The position numbers were made by a program, and so were the translations under genes. A stretch of 64,000 nucleotides of DNA, taken from positions 47,554,001-47,618,000 of the forward strand of contig NC_043013.1 of the NCBI RefSeq assembly GCF_006345805.1. Reading direction: 5' to 3'. Below, one piece after another: positions 1 through 12,898 of the stretch. Positions within the stretch are counted from its first letter, which is position 1, and every line of letters starts with the position of its first letter. The notes below the pieces were generated by a model, which saw nothing but the letters and a program-made list of their open reading frames with translations, ran no database searches and was not told where the DNA came from. This stretch comes from Octopus sinensis. Taxonomy: Eukaryota.

Positions 1-230
1 GGACGGAGAAAGCTCCTCTCCTTCGATTGAGATGAAATCGTCGCAGGTAGAGCTTTTCGGAATGACCCCACAGCCGACGCTCTGTATGCATGCATCTGTG
101 TGTGTATGCATGCATACATATATATATAAGTACCAGTTACGCACTGGATTCGATGTAATCGACTAGCCCCCTTCCCGCCAAAATTTTCAAGGCCATGTGA
201 GTAGAGTAGAAAGAATAATCATTATCATTG

Positions 231-445
231 GGCAGTGAGCTGCCAAAATCGTTAACACATCGGGTAAAATGCTTGGCCCTATTTCGTCCGTTCTGAGTGC
301 GTTTCCGCTGACGTCGACTTTGACTTTCATCATTTCAGAGTCGATAAATTAAGTACCAGTGAAACACTGGGGTCGATGTAATTGACTGGTCTTCCCCCAC
401 CAAATTTCAGGCATTGTGTCTTTAGTAGAAAGGATTATTATTATT
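231..445 (+). mobile_element. tRNA-derived SINE family A (diverged copy); a further tail fragment lies at ~129-215
   Basis: Head ggcagtgagctg..aatcgttaac, central gtcgactttgactttcatc..gtcgataaattaagtaccag block shared with many copies in the window, (TTA)n tail. Confidence 0.8.
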
Positions 446-543
446 TTTATTATTAGTATAAAAGTGGCGAGTTAGAAGAATCGTTAGCACGGTACTAAAG
501 TTTAATAATTTGCATGTCAGTAGCAGAGAGTTTCTTCTTGAAG

Positions 544-1403
544 TACGAAATGATATCAAAAAGTTCCCAGACTAATTATGTTTAATAAAAAATAACTTAT
601 TTGCCTAAGTTTAATATTATCTCCTTTGAAACAGTCACCTTGCGCAGCAATACACCAGTCCCACAGTTCCTGCCACTTTTGAAATCTGGCCTGGAAGTCG
701 TTTTCTGTAAGCAAGTCGAGGACTTTCAGCAATTCATTCTGGATCGCGACAACGGTGTTAAATGGCGAGCTTTGAGCTGCATTTTCATCTTGAGGAAGAG
801 ACGGAACCGCAGGTGCTAAATCTGGTGAATAGGGTGGGTGCCGAAACGAGAAACTCATGAGTGAGGTGAGCTCGATGACAGGGTGCATTGTCGTCGTGAA
901 GAATCCAGACGTTAGAATTGCAAGTTCGAACCCATACGACAGATCAACAGCATCAGTCGTTGATTGTCTTCCGCGATCCTCATGTACAAGATGATGAATT
1001 TACTCTACATTTCCGAGTATGACGTTCGTGGATGGTCTTCCAGATCGCTCATCGTCTTCCAGGATGTTCTTCGACTTTTGAAGCGCCCGAGCCATTTCCT
1101 CGTCACCGTAATCTTGCCAAAGAATGCTCAATACATCTGCAGCAGACTTCCCTAGTTTAATGCAAAAGTTAACGTAGGTTATTTGTTTTAACTTCCTGTT
1201 CATTACAAAAATCATCCCAGACTACAACATACACATGGACAAAAAAACACAAATTTCACGACTTGCAAAATAAACACAGTGATGTCACTCCACACACTGC
1301 CTTATGAAGCTGATTGCTATCACTTATTGCCCATGTAACCATATACTGCCATCTGTTGGCATGCTACAGAAATAGTCCGAGAACGTTTTGATACCATCTC
1401 GTA
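544..1403 (-). mobile_element. Internally deleted mariner transposon with ~30-bp TIRs
   Basis: TIRs tacgaaatgatatcaaaaagttcccagact (544-573) and agtccgagaacgttttgataccatctcgta (1374-1403), TA at both ends. Minus-strand fragments NFCIKLGKSA, EDDERSGRPST, HPPYSPDLAP and FQKWQELWDWCIAAQGDCF are mariner transposase motifs; frameshifted. Confidence 0.92.
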
Positions 1404-2821
1404 TGTAGACGAGATTACCTATGTCACCTTGTCGTCAAGTATATTTTGAGGGAGTTAGTGCAATATATTGAGACACTATGTGATGCAGTGACTAATGAAA
1501 TGTTCCATTTAGGAACCAATTATCAAGTACATTGTAGGATTTGTGAAAATTTATTTCAGCCAATCATGCACGCGAAAGTTGTTGCTTCTACTGTGGCATT
1601 TAATCAGTGCACCCGGGACAGAAAATTTTTTTTTTATTTATACATGGGCCAACAAAGTCATGAAAATATTGAGTATACGAATGTTGACACATGTGCTATT
1701 GGCATGCCTGTTTTACTGTTGCTTTGGTGCAGACTTTAAATGTGTGAAGTTGAAACCAATATATTTTGAGAATTTTGGCGCGGGCGATATACGTTGTTCA
1801 CAGACAACGTAGCACATTTTCCGTATTATTATGGGTATTCGTCAGTTTCACTTCTCTGAGATCAGTTTTACATTACATTGTTGAGGAGGCGGTAAAACAA
1901 GCTACGAAGCCGTTGGACGTGTAAACAGAATCGTCAGAGCGTCAGGTTGGATGATTTGTGTCACTTTGATCTGGCTCTGGGCGTTATGAGTTTTTGAATG
2001 GAACCCATTTTGTCGACCGGTTCAACCCCGACACCTGTCATTTTGACTGCCTTCAGCAGAGTTATAAGACCAGGTCCTCGGTGTGAGAAAACTTCCGGCC
2101 TTCCTCTCACCAGAGAACACCAAAAAGATAGAGGGCCCCACCCTTCCTTTATAAAAATGGCATGAGATAGCAAAATAGAGGTGTTAAAAATTCATAGTAA
2201 TCATCTAACAAAACTAACCTTATTTTCTAATCCTATTTCCCGAAAGTAATTACTTGCTAGACTTCCTTCGCGATTTAAATATGTCCAGCGATCTGGCATT
2301 AGATATGTTACCAAATAAAAATTGCTATACCTAGCATTTGCGTTAATTTTATTTTACTTCACATCACTGCGTTCATAAAGGGAAAAGTAATTAGGTGCAT
2401 TTGTTCGGAATTACTGTCGAGAAAGCTTCTTGAAACATTTCTCCAATACATTACCCAAAAATACACTTCACCATGTTATAAAGAAATTAACTGCCTGGAA
2501 GCAGCACGAAAGACTATAAAATCAATGTAGTGAGACTAGATTTAATTTAGCATGTTTTTTTTTGTTGTTCTTTGGTACTTTTTTTTTTCGCCCACCCGCT
2601 CTCAATTCCCTCAAAGTTTGGGTGTTATACATAAAATATCAGTAGAAAATTAGTCACAAAAACAAAAATGTTAGTCGATCTATAATCAAAGATTCAATGA
2701 TTTATTAACAATCATTCTGTTTTTTTTTTTTCTGAAATTTGGATTGTAGAGTTTGTTTTTTTTTCATAAATACTTCACTTTCTCCTTACTCTACCTAAAA
2801 ATAATGCACACGTAGACACAC

Positions 2822-2927
2822 GTGTATGTATATATGTCTACCTATATATATATGCATATATATATATATATCGATACAGATATACACACATCACACACAC
2901 ATATCTTTACATATATATATATATATA

Positions 2928-2992
<65 letters not shown>

Positions 2993-3484
2993 GTATTATA
3001 TGCGTATATACATATATATATGTCTGTGTATGTATTTGTGTGTGTGTGTGTGTGGTGTATACACAATACATACATATATGCATATGTAATATCTGGGCAT
3101 GAAAATGCAGTCTACTTATGTATTTAGATTTTCATAAATGTGTATGTGTATGCGTGAAAATTCATGAGCGAACTGTGGGAGCGCGTATAATTGTACACAC
3201 ACACACACACAACACATATATACATATCTTTATATATATTCATATACATATATATATATATATGAGTGTGTGTGTGTATATGTATATATATATATATATC
3301 TATGTATGTATGTATGTATGTATGTATCTATACAGATATTACATATGCTTGCATGTCTGTCTGTGTGAGAGACAGAGTGAGAGAGTATGTGGTGCCAATG
3401 TGAGAATATTTATATATAGTGTGCATATATATATGTACATGCATATATGTATATAATATATATGTATATGTGTTCGTATGTATA

Positions 3485-3526
<42 letters not shown>

Positions 3527-3557
3527 TGTATGTATATATATGTATTATATATATAAT

Positions 3558-3606
<49 letters not shown>

Positions 3607-4367
3607 GTTTGTATGTATATATATGTTTGTACGTATGTATATTTATGTGTATGCATAAGTGTGTGCATATGAATCTATTTGTCTGCTAATAAAGACTTTT
3701 ATTAAATTTTATAATTCCCGTTTTCACATTAAACGTTTTGGTCGAGTGAGGAGGAATAGGTTTTCCTCTGGTTGATGTTAAATGTTTTATAGATCTCCAG
3801 TGATACATTATCCGTTCCAAGGAAATGGTAAATGGTAAATATAGTGATAATCAACTGGGATAAACGAATAAAAGCTGAGATCAGAAATCCAACAGAAATT
3901 TTGATCAATAAATTCATATAATTTGAGTGTATGCGCACACACACATGAATATATACACATATATGTATATATATATGAATATAAATATATATCCCATGCA
4001 TATATATGTGCATATACGTACGCATATACGTGTATGTATGTATGTATGTATGTATGTATGTATGTATTATATACCTAAATATATATTTGCGTGTATGTGT
4101 CTGTGTATGTATGTGTACGAGTATATATGTGTGGAGATATATGCAACCGTTGTACCTTTGCCCGATATATCTGTATTAAATCTCTATAGTATGTATATAA
4201 CGATTTTAAATAGAGGCAAGGTTTTTCCACTCTTTACATGTATATATATATAGATATATATGTATGTATATATATTGTATATGTATATATACATTTATAT
4301 ATATATATGTATTAGAGTATGTATATATATATATATATATTATATTATATATATATATATATAATAC

Positions 4368-4404
<37 letters not shown>

Positions 4405-4578
4405 ATATATATATTAATATATACATACATTGTGTGTTTGTGCGCTTGTGTGCGTGTCTGTGAATAGCAGTTTATGTATGTCTAAAGTTATAGATTCATT
4501 TATTAATTTATGTTTTATATATAAACTACAGACACAGAAGCAAATATAACCCTATAAAAACATACGCACACACACACA

Positions 4579-4620
<42 letters not shown>

Positions 4621-4680
4621 CACATATTTGTAATGCATTCACCCAAATTATACAGCAATATAGTGCACATATACACGCAC
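2822..4680. repeat. Compound (TA)n/(TG)n/(TATG)n/(CA)n microsatellite field
   Basis: Directly visible; source of the YI/CV/MYV pseudo-ORFs. Confidence 0.95.
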
Positions 4681-5906
4681 ACAAAATCGTATAGAGAAAG
4701 CGAAAGAAAGAAAATGAGAAATAAATAGAGATGTTTAGAGAAATGGAAATGGAAAGATATAAAGAAAAATTATGAGTAGCAGGAAAAGTAATAGATCGAA
4801 TAAAGAAATGGAGGTATTTAGACTCAGCAAAGAGGATGGTAATGGCGGTTGAAAAATAGATAACTTTTGATATTTTTTCATTTTCTATACATTACCAAAT
4901 ATCAGAATTCCAGAATAATACAAAGTCTGGATTGGACGTCAATTCTTCAGCGATTTACCATCTCTGCTACCGTCTGAAGACAATGGCGAACAAAGTGTTG
5001 TTGGTGATTATCTAGTTAATGTTTTTTTTGTTTTGATTTGTTCTGTTTTGATTTTGGGATTTTTTTTTTAATTGGTTCTTTTTAAAGCTCAAACAGAATT
5101 GTTCCGAATCAGCATGAAAATTAGAAGACTGTAAAAACGAGTGAAAAAATCTGAAAAGTCCGAACGACAAATCCCACTGAACTATACATATATATATATA
5201 TAAATAATCATCCAAACACACATATTACTCACAGACATATTTTCATATAAACAGACTCTCTCCAGAATACACGCACGTACACACATATATACACGCTTAT
5301 GCCGGGTAAAAAACATATATACAGTGGAATAAGTACTATTTTTCATAAGGAACAATAGCAGAAATGAATAAGAAGCCATGTAATATATGTCAAAGACAAA
5401 AAGATAAAATAGAACTCGAGGATTTGATTTCTGCGTGTATTTGTAAAAGGAATCTAGCTTAGAACAGTATTAGGGAACTCATTAAGAAGACATTTTAGAA
5501 TTGTATGTGAAAAAGCAAAACCCGTGATCAGTAATCAACTCTCTTTCTTTCTCATTTCCCTCTCTCCGTTCCTATCTGCTTTGTGTGTGTGTGTGTGTAT
5601 GTGTGTGTGTGTGTGTGATGCATATATATATGTGTGTGTATGTATATATATATATTTATATATATATATGAAAATTATATATATATATATATTATATATT
5701 ATATTAATTATATTTATATTATTTGTTATTTATGTATTGTTTTATGTCTATCACTGTTTAAGTATAGTGGTTTTATCTCTAATTCATATTTTATATATTA
5801 TACTGTGAAATTTGAATTTAATCCTAAATCTAATTTTTCCCTGTAAGTTTGGAGCCATACTCCCTAATATTATTATTATTATTATATATGCATATACATA
5901 TATATG

Positions 5907-5996
<90 letters not shown>

Positions 5997-6307
5997 CCAG
6001 CATGGCCACAGCTCGTGAGCTGAAACTAGATAAAATAAAATAAAATAAAATAAACAAATATATATACCCACACATATATATATTGTGTTGAAAAGACGAT
6101 TTCTTATAAATTTGTGCTAGAGATTTGAGAATTACTATATTTATGGTAAAAATGAAAACTTCTGTGAGCTTATATAATTACTGTTTAATATCAAATTTAA
6201 AAATTTGGTTTGACTCTAGAATTTCGATTTGGGTGCCTTAATGCTTTGAAACTTTATAATTGAATGGCGAGGTGGGTGCCTCTAATGAACTTGAATGTAT
6301 ACATATT

Positions 6308-6538
6308 TATTTCTTTACTACACACAAGGGGCTAAACACAGAGGGGACAAACAAGGACAGACAAACGGATTAAGTCGATTACATCGACCCCACTGCGTAA
6401 CTGGTACTTAATTTATCGACCACGAAAGGATGAAAGGCAAGGTCGACCTCGGCGGAATTTGAACTCGGAACGTAACGACAGACGAAATACGGCTACGCAT
6501 TTCGCCCGGCGTGCTAACCTTTCTGCCAGCTCGCCGCC
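6308..6538 (-). mobile_element. SINE family A, full length
   Basis: Minus strand ggcggcgagctggcagaaaggttagcacg (A-box-like), gagttcaaattcc (B box), conserved central domain, tail ending gtagtaaagaaata. Confidence 0.93.
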
Positions 6539-7016
6539 TTAATAACGCTCGCCTGGTATAATAACGCTGCATCCCCTCTTGAGTCTCTGTATAGGACCCA
6601 GTCTTGGAAAAATACTCATTAGCTCAATTCTAGAATTCTCTATTAATGGGGCTTCATTGGCTTCGATGATGATCTTTAAAGAGGTAGATAATGTGATTGC
6701 ATGACAAACTGTGAAGCCATCGGGCAAGAATATAATTAGTATTTGATATATTTGTTTCAAATTCTGGCGCAAGGCTAATAATTTCGGGTGGCGAAAGTGT
6801 GACTTTTAAACAGAATAAGCTACTTGACCTGCAAGGTGGAGCCCAGTTGTTTATCTTGATATGAGGTCATTATGTTGTGCCCATGTGAATGTGATGCACG
6901 TGCCCGGTGTATCCTTAACAGACGAGTAATCATGACGGGTATATTGGATTTCGTATCTTTCTACCCCGAGGTCACTTTAATGGCGTGTGCTGCACCCTCA
7001 CAAAAGAATAATAACA

Positions 7017-7227
7017 GCTTCAAATTTTGGCAGAAGTCTAGCAATTTGGGGGGAGGAGTTAGGCCGATGATATCGATTCCAATGATCCATGAGTGCTTAT
7101 TTTATCGACCCTGAAAAAGTGAAAAGCAAAGTCGACCTCGGCGGAATTTGAACTCAGAACGTAAAGACGGACGAAACGCCGCAAAGAAATTTGCCCGACG
7201 TGCTAACCATTCTGCCAGCTCGCTGCC
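7017..7227 (-). mobile_element. SINE family A with the alternative (cccccaaatt..) tail
   Basis: Same head and central domain as 6308-6538, different 3' tail. Confidence 0.8.
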
Positions 7228-7302
7228 TTACATTATATAACATAATGTAATGTAATATAATACAATGTGTGTGAGTGTGTGTGTGTATGTGTGTGTGTGT
7301 GT

Positions 7303-7338
<36 letters not shown>

Positions 7339-7559
7339 TTTCTGTACATATGTCGTTATGAACAGGTGGACAGAGAAAGACAGACAGAGTGAGGAGAAAG
7401 TGGAAGATAGACAAAGAGAAATACAATAAAATACAATAAACAAGGTTGAGAAGTGACCTGACTCAACAGTAAATGCATATGGATTCATTTATTTATTTAT
7501 TCACAATAGCTTCAGTTTCACTGCAGAGTTGATTATACTTTTATATGTATGTATGTATG

Positions 7560-7593
<34 letters not shown>

Positions 7594-7630
7594 TGTATGT
7601 ATGTATGTTTGTATGTATGTATGTATGTAC

Positions 7631-8181
7631 GTCAGGTCACTTTCGAGTGCTACTGGTAACATGTAACCCAGTACAACCTGTAGCATGGTCGGGTCGTCGG
7701 CGACTAAACCGGCAACCCCACCAAACTTGCTTGGTGAGGAGGGTGTTTATTGGACACCCTGCGGGATGAAAAGCAAAATTCGTCAAAGGGCGGAGGAACT
7801 CTTGAGAGTCAACGGCCATCCAATAAATGTCTTAAGGCTGTATCATGCGCGGGGACATAGAAATAATCGGACTGAATTCCCGATCGCGAGGTTAAACCAT
7901 TGGGAGTGAAGGACTCCCAGCCTTTGTTAGGGTATCCTTCTAGGAGAAGGTAACTCAGGTAACTGGGATAACTCCAATATGAAACCTGCGGCTCAGTGGT
8001 TACCGATGATGTTGACTTGTTCTTCTTTTCGGATTATGGCTGCTGTTGCTTAGTGAGTGGGATTGACTCAGTGCACAGCCTTTCCTCACTTTAAAAAAAA
8101 TCTTCTTGCACAGGCATTGCACGATAACAACATTGATTAAGCTTCGTGCAATGGCCATACTCGATAACGAGGGGCAGCCAC
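7631..8181 (+). mobile_element. Non-coding RTE-like (5'UTR-type) element inserted in (TATG)n
   Basis: GC-richer 550-bp island flanked both sides by (TATG)n. Contains ctaggagaaggtaactc, resembling a motif common in RTE 5' UTRs; no credible ORF. Confidence 0.5.
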
Positions 8182-8474
8182 TATGTATGTATGTATGTAT
8201 GTTGTATGTATGTATGTATGTATGTTTGAATTATGTATGTTGTATGTATGTATGAATGTATGTATGTATGTAGGTATGTATGTATGTTTGTATGTGTGTA
8301 TGTATGTATGTATGAATGTATGTATGTATGAATGTACGTATGTATGTATGCATGTATGTTTGTATGTAAGTATATATGTATGTATGTTTGTATGTATGTA
8401 TGTATGTATGTATGCATGTATGTATGTATGTATGTATGTATGTATGTATGTATGTATATATGTTAGTATGTATG

Positions 8475-9022
8475 TAGAGGGTGGAGCAGAGATGACGGAC
8501 GTTTTTGAAATGGCTATCATTCAGCCCCAGGAGGAGGGACATATATCCGATAAGTACCATTCGGTTTCTTTTTTCTTTTTAAGTGAAACCATGGCGCTGT
8601 GGACGATTGAGCATCGCGTGTTTGCCTACGACAATTACGCGTCAGACAAGCTTTGATACCGAGTCCAGATCACTTTGCACGGAGGCATTCCACTAAACTT
8701 GGAATCGGTAATCGATCGGTAAGGCTTATTTTGCATGAAGTCCTGCATTTCCACCCGTACAAATTGGTCATTGGGCAACAGTTGAAACCACAGGACTATG
8801 CAAAGAGCAATGTTGGAGAGAGTGGATGCCGACTTCCAAGAACGCCTCCAGAAATGCATCCCTGAAAACGGACACCACATGATGGATGTTGTTTTCCACG
8901 CTTGATTTTGGGAAATGCTAATTCAATACCAACATATTGATGTCAATAAAATTTGCTTGCAGCGAAAATTAATGACTTTGGGAATTTTCCAAAAACCTCC
9001 CTCCTCTCTGCCCCACCCTGTC
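8475..9022 (+). mobile_element. Internally deleted Tc1/mariner-superfamily element (DUF4817-type N-terminus)
   Basis: Imperfect TIRs gagggtggagcagagatgacggacgttttt (from 8477) and aaaaacctccctcctctctgccccaccctg (to 9020). Fragments MALWTIEHRVFAYD (ATG 8591), ARRHSTKLGIGNRSVRLILHEVLHFHPYKL and DFQERLQKCIPENGHH; DDE core deleted. Confidence 0.85.
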
Positions 9023-9102
9023 TGTGTGTGTGTGTTGAATAAAATGAGACAACAAAGCCAAGACAGTGTGAAATTTCTAGGCCATTTATAAAGAGAAAAT
9101 TA

Positions 9103-9150
9103 GTTTTACAGTTGTTTCGGGGATATAAAGGATATCCCACCATCAGAGTC
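9103..9150 (-). ncRNA. Degenerate type I hammerhead-like motif
   Basis: Minus: gact CTGATGG t gggatat-ccttt-atatccc c GAAA CAACTG TA aaac. 7-bp helix II, near-palindromic helix III, GUA triplet; A9G change and poor helix I. Confidence 0.5.
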
Positions 9151-9289
9151 GATATGAGATAGTTAAATAGAAAGAAACAGTAGAGTTCAATATAAAATGT
9201 TATTTTGATAAGGGTGGGATATGGGAAGTATAAAGGGAAATATTAGAATAAAAATAAAATATGTTGGATGTTACAATTGCAGTTCCATT

Positions 9290-9976
9290 ATCCAAGGAAT
9301 GTACTGTGTAGAATGAGTGAAGAGGCTTCTTGTCCATAGTATGTAAATTCCGAAAGGATTTCATATTTTGCTTGTCTCCCCTTCGTAAACATAAGGACAC
9401 AGAAAATGTGTCAAGGCCGACAGAAAGAATTGATACGTCCTAGGGCTAAATAGCGGTGGTGTGATTCCCTTCATGGGACTGTCACGTTAAGTTGACAGTA
9501 TACAATTGATCTATCGTACCACCACTGCTCATATCTCTCTGAGATATTTAAAAATTTAATATTTCTATTTTTTGTGATCAGTGGATTTATTTCACTGGAA
9601 TTATTATATGTTTACAAGGTCTATACACGCATCTGCAGCTAGTAGGCCATGATACTCCAGACTGATGACGAGCAAGACTCAGAAACTAGTCTCTGGATGC
9701 AGGCTTAGCTGGATGGGGGTGCTTGTCTCACCGTTGTAAACATAAGGATAATGAAATGTATCAAGGCCGACAGGAAGAGTTGGTGCGTCCTAGGGCTAAA
9801 TAGTGGTGGTGTGATTCCCTTTATGGAACTGTCACATTACGTTGACAGTATACAACTGCTCTAATTCATATTTTGTTATTATAAAACTTGTAATAACAAA
9901 ATATGAATTACTTTCAGAATTTACATACTATGGACAAGAAGCCTCTTTACCCATTCTACATAGCACATTCCTTGGT
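9290..9976. repeat. PLE-like tandem plus inverted repeat architecture
   Basis: ~9370-9515 repeated directly at ~9721-9863; ~9292-9370 repeated inverted at ~9896-9975; hammerhead motifs nearby. Confidence 0.7.
9656..9697 (+). ncRNA. Minimal type I hammerhead ribozyme (dimer-type, PLE/retrozyme-like)
   Basis: tccaga CTGATGA c gag-caaga-ctc a GAAA CTAG TC tctgga. Perfect 6-bp helix I, intact CUGAUGA and GAAA boxes, palindromic ACUAGU helix III, GUC triplet (cleavage after 9691). Confidence 0.8.
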
Positions 9977-10280
9977 CTCTTATAAATATATATATATATG
10001 TGTGTGTGTGTTTGTGCGTGTGTATATGTATGTATGTCTCTATATATATATATGTATATACATATACATACGTATATATATTTTTTCATTATTATTATTA
10101 TTATTTTTATTATTTAAAACACTTCTATTCGTGCCCCATGCAACTTAATGTTTCATCAGGTTCTTACGGAAACCTGTCTCCTTTTAAATAATAATATATG
10201 TAAGAGCTACAAGCCGTGTGGAGTGCCTCATTCTTTCCTTTATCTACTCACCTGTATATATATATATATATATATATATA

Positions 10281-10630
10281 GGCGTAGGAGTGGCTGCGTG
10301 GTAAGTAGCTTGCTTACCAACCACTAAAGCCTTGTGAGTGGATTTGGTAGACGGAATCTGAAAGAAGCCGGTGTATATATGTGTATATATATATATATTG
10401 TGTGTGTGTGTGTGTATGTTTGTGTGTCTGTGTTTGTTCCCCCGACATCGCTTGACAACCGGTGCTGGTGTGTTTACGTCCCTGTAACTTAGCGGTTCGG
10501 CAAAAGAGACCGATAGAATAAGTACTAGGCTTACAAAGAATAAGTCCTGGTGTCGATTTGCTCGACTAATGGCGGTGCTCCAGCATGGCCGCTGTCAAAT
10601 GACTGAAACAAGTAAAAGAGTAAAGAGAGT
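10281..10630 (+). mobile_element. SINE family B (tRNA head, CORE-like block, internal microsatellite), internally deleted
   Basis: ggcgtaggagtggctg..ggtaagtagcttgc head, internal (TA)/(TG) tract, aaacaagtaaaagag tail. Confidence 0.88.
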
Positions 10631-10640
10631 ATATATATAT

Positions 10641-10694
<54 letters not shown>

Positions 10695-10739
10695 GCACAC
10701 ACCATGTATACACACACACACGGCATATTAGCTCAGAAA

Positions 10740-12110
10740 CAGTATTCTGTATATTTTGATTTAAATATTCCAATACAGCTGTTGGGCACCTTTTGATTTC
10801 TATGGGTACTCTTCTGTGTTTTTAGCACTATACGAATTTTAATGATTGGCAATTCTTTGCTTAACATAACGTAAGCTAGATCCGATATACAAGTACTCTT
10901 TATCTTCTGAGCTAACCTTACATCTGTATACACCATTTTTATAACTATAATTAGACTTGCATTTGATAGTTCTACGACTTCCATTAATAGATTCCGTTTC
11001 AGCTTCGCTAGAGGTGATTTCTAAATTCTCCTGCCTATCTTCTCAGCTATTACTCGTTCCCACATAGACAACATTCTGAGTCCTACGTTTTCTAAGATTC
11101 GCATCTTCCACTCCCAGGCTAGTGCGCGAGTTTGCTAGGGTAGCTTTCATTTTATAAATAGTCACAGCATAGTTCCTATCCTGATACTTAGCAGGGTTAC
11201 TTATGGTTTGTTTATGGTCTGTTCGCTCATGTTGGCATTGTTGCTATTTACTCTCTTACTTGTTTCAGTCATTTGACTGTGGCCATGCAGGAGAACCGCC
11301 TTTAGTCGAGCAAATCGACCCCAGGACTTATCCTTTGTAAGCCTAGTACTTATTCTATCGGTTTCTTTTGTCGAACCGCTAAGTTACGGGGACGTAAACA
11401 CACCATCATCAGTTATCAAGCGATGTTGGGAGGACAAACACACACACACACACACATACATATGTAGATATATACGACGGATTCTTTCAGTATCCGTCTA
11501 CCAAATTCACTCACAAAGCTTTGGTCGGCCCGAGGCTATAGTAGAAGACACGCAGTGAGAATGAATCCGGAACCATGTGGTTCGTAAGCAAGCCACTTAC
11601 TACACAGCCACTCCTACGCCTATTGATCTATTTATTGATCTATAATTATTATTCTGGTTACCATTGTTGTTATTATTTATATGGAAACTATTTAATCTAC
11701 CAGCATTGTGTGCTGCTATAACTTGTGCTAGAGTTTTGCTATTAGAAAAGGTTAGTCTAAATCTATGTATATCAAATATTCTATAATATCTATTGCTTTT
11801 TGGGAAATGTTTAGCCAATGCCGAATAGAACAATTTAGGTATATTGGAAATTATTTGCTTTCCGAAAGGAATTATATACCACTCGTTACTGAGGTATGTA
11901 TTACTATTTCTAACTATGCGTTTTGTAAAAGTGTTTAACCTATTTACCTGTTTTTTTTTTATTTCGGCATTGGTTTTGTTTCGGCATATTATATTTGTCA
12001 GTTATTTATGTTGTTTTCGGATGTGAATAAGATATCCACTCTTCTCTTGGTTGTGAATGTTATTAAATACTTTGCAGAATATTTGCAGTTTTGAATAGGA
12101 ACACGGAATT
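10740..12110 (-). pseudogene. Decayed Penelope-like element (RT C-terminus plus GIY-YIG endonuclease), split by a SINE
   Basis: Minus translation WYIIPFGKQIISNIPK..LAKHFPKSNRYYRIF..RLTFS..LAQVIAAHN (PLE RT C-terminal region), then NGVYRCKVSSEDKEYLYIGSS..KQRIANH (GIY-YIG, ~10845-10940). Confidence 0.82.
11248..11620 (-). mobile_element. SINE family B inserted into the Penelope remnant
   Basis: Reverse complement of the family B pattern, with internal (CA)n. Confidence 0.9.
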
Positions 12111-12252
12111 ACCCAACGAGTGAAGTTTACCAGTACCAGTACTTGAGTACTATATAATAGAATGTTGTGGATAGCCGGCATCTAAAAACCAATTCCAGAG
12201 ACAATATGGTATCCGCCAGGATAGCTTATCCCTTTTATACATATATATATAT

Positions 12253-12288
<36 letters not shown>

Positions 12289-12689
12289 AATATGTATTAT
12301 ATAAATATATAAATATATATATATAAATATGTATATATATAAATATATATATATAATATTTATATATATAACATATTTATATATATATTAATATATTATA
12401 TAGAGAGAGAGAGAAGAGAGAGAGAGAGGAACACGAGACAGACAGACACAACACACACACACACACAGAGTTCGCATCAAAAGCTCATCAAATATATTTT
12501 ACAGAAAATTTATGCATTTTATATAATCTGGAAGAGAATGTTCTTTGTATCTGTGTGTGCCTTTGTGTGTGCCTTTGTGTGTGTGTGTCTGTGTGTCTGT
12601 GTGCGCGCGCGCGCGTGGTGTGTGCATGCACGCGTGTGCATGTAAGCATGTGTGTGTGTGACGAATGATTGGTTCGAAGGAGTAGAAAA

Positions 12690-12866
12690 GAGAAATAAGG
12701 AAATAAAGAGAGAAAATAGACAGGTCAGAAATAAGTGCAGGAAAGGAGAGAAAGAGAGAAAGAGAAAGAGAAAAGACATAAAGAAAGAAAGAAAGAAAGA
12801 AAGAAAAAAGAAGGAAAGAAATAAAGAAAGGAAGAAAAGAAAGAAAGGAAGAAAGAAAGGAAAAAA

Positions 12867-12898
<32 letters not shown>

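Noticed and set aside
6539-6772. 77-aa minus-strand ORF between SINEs
   Set aside because: No recognisable domain, non-ATG start, and both ends fall at SINE edges
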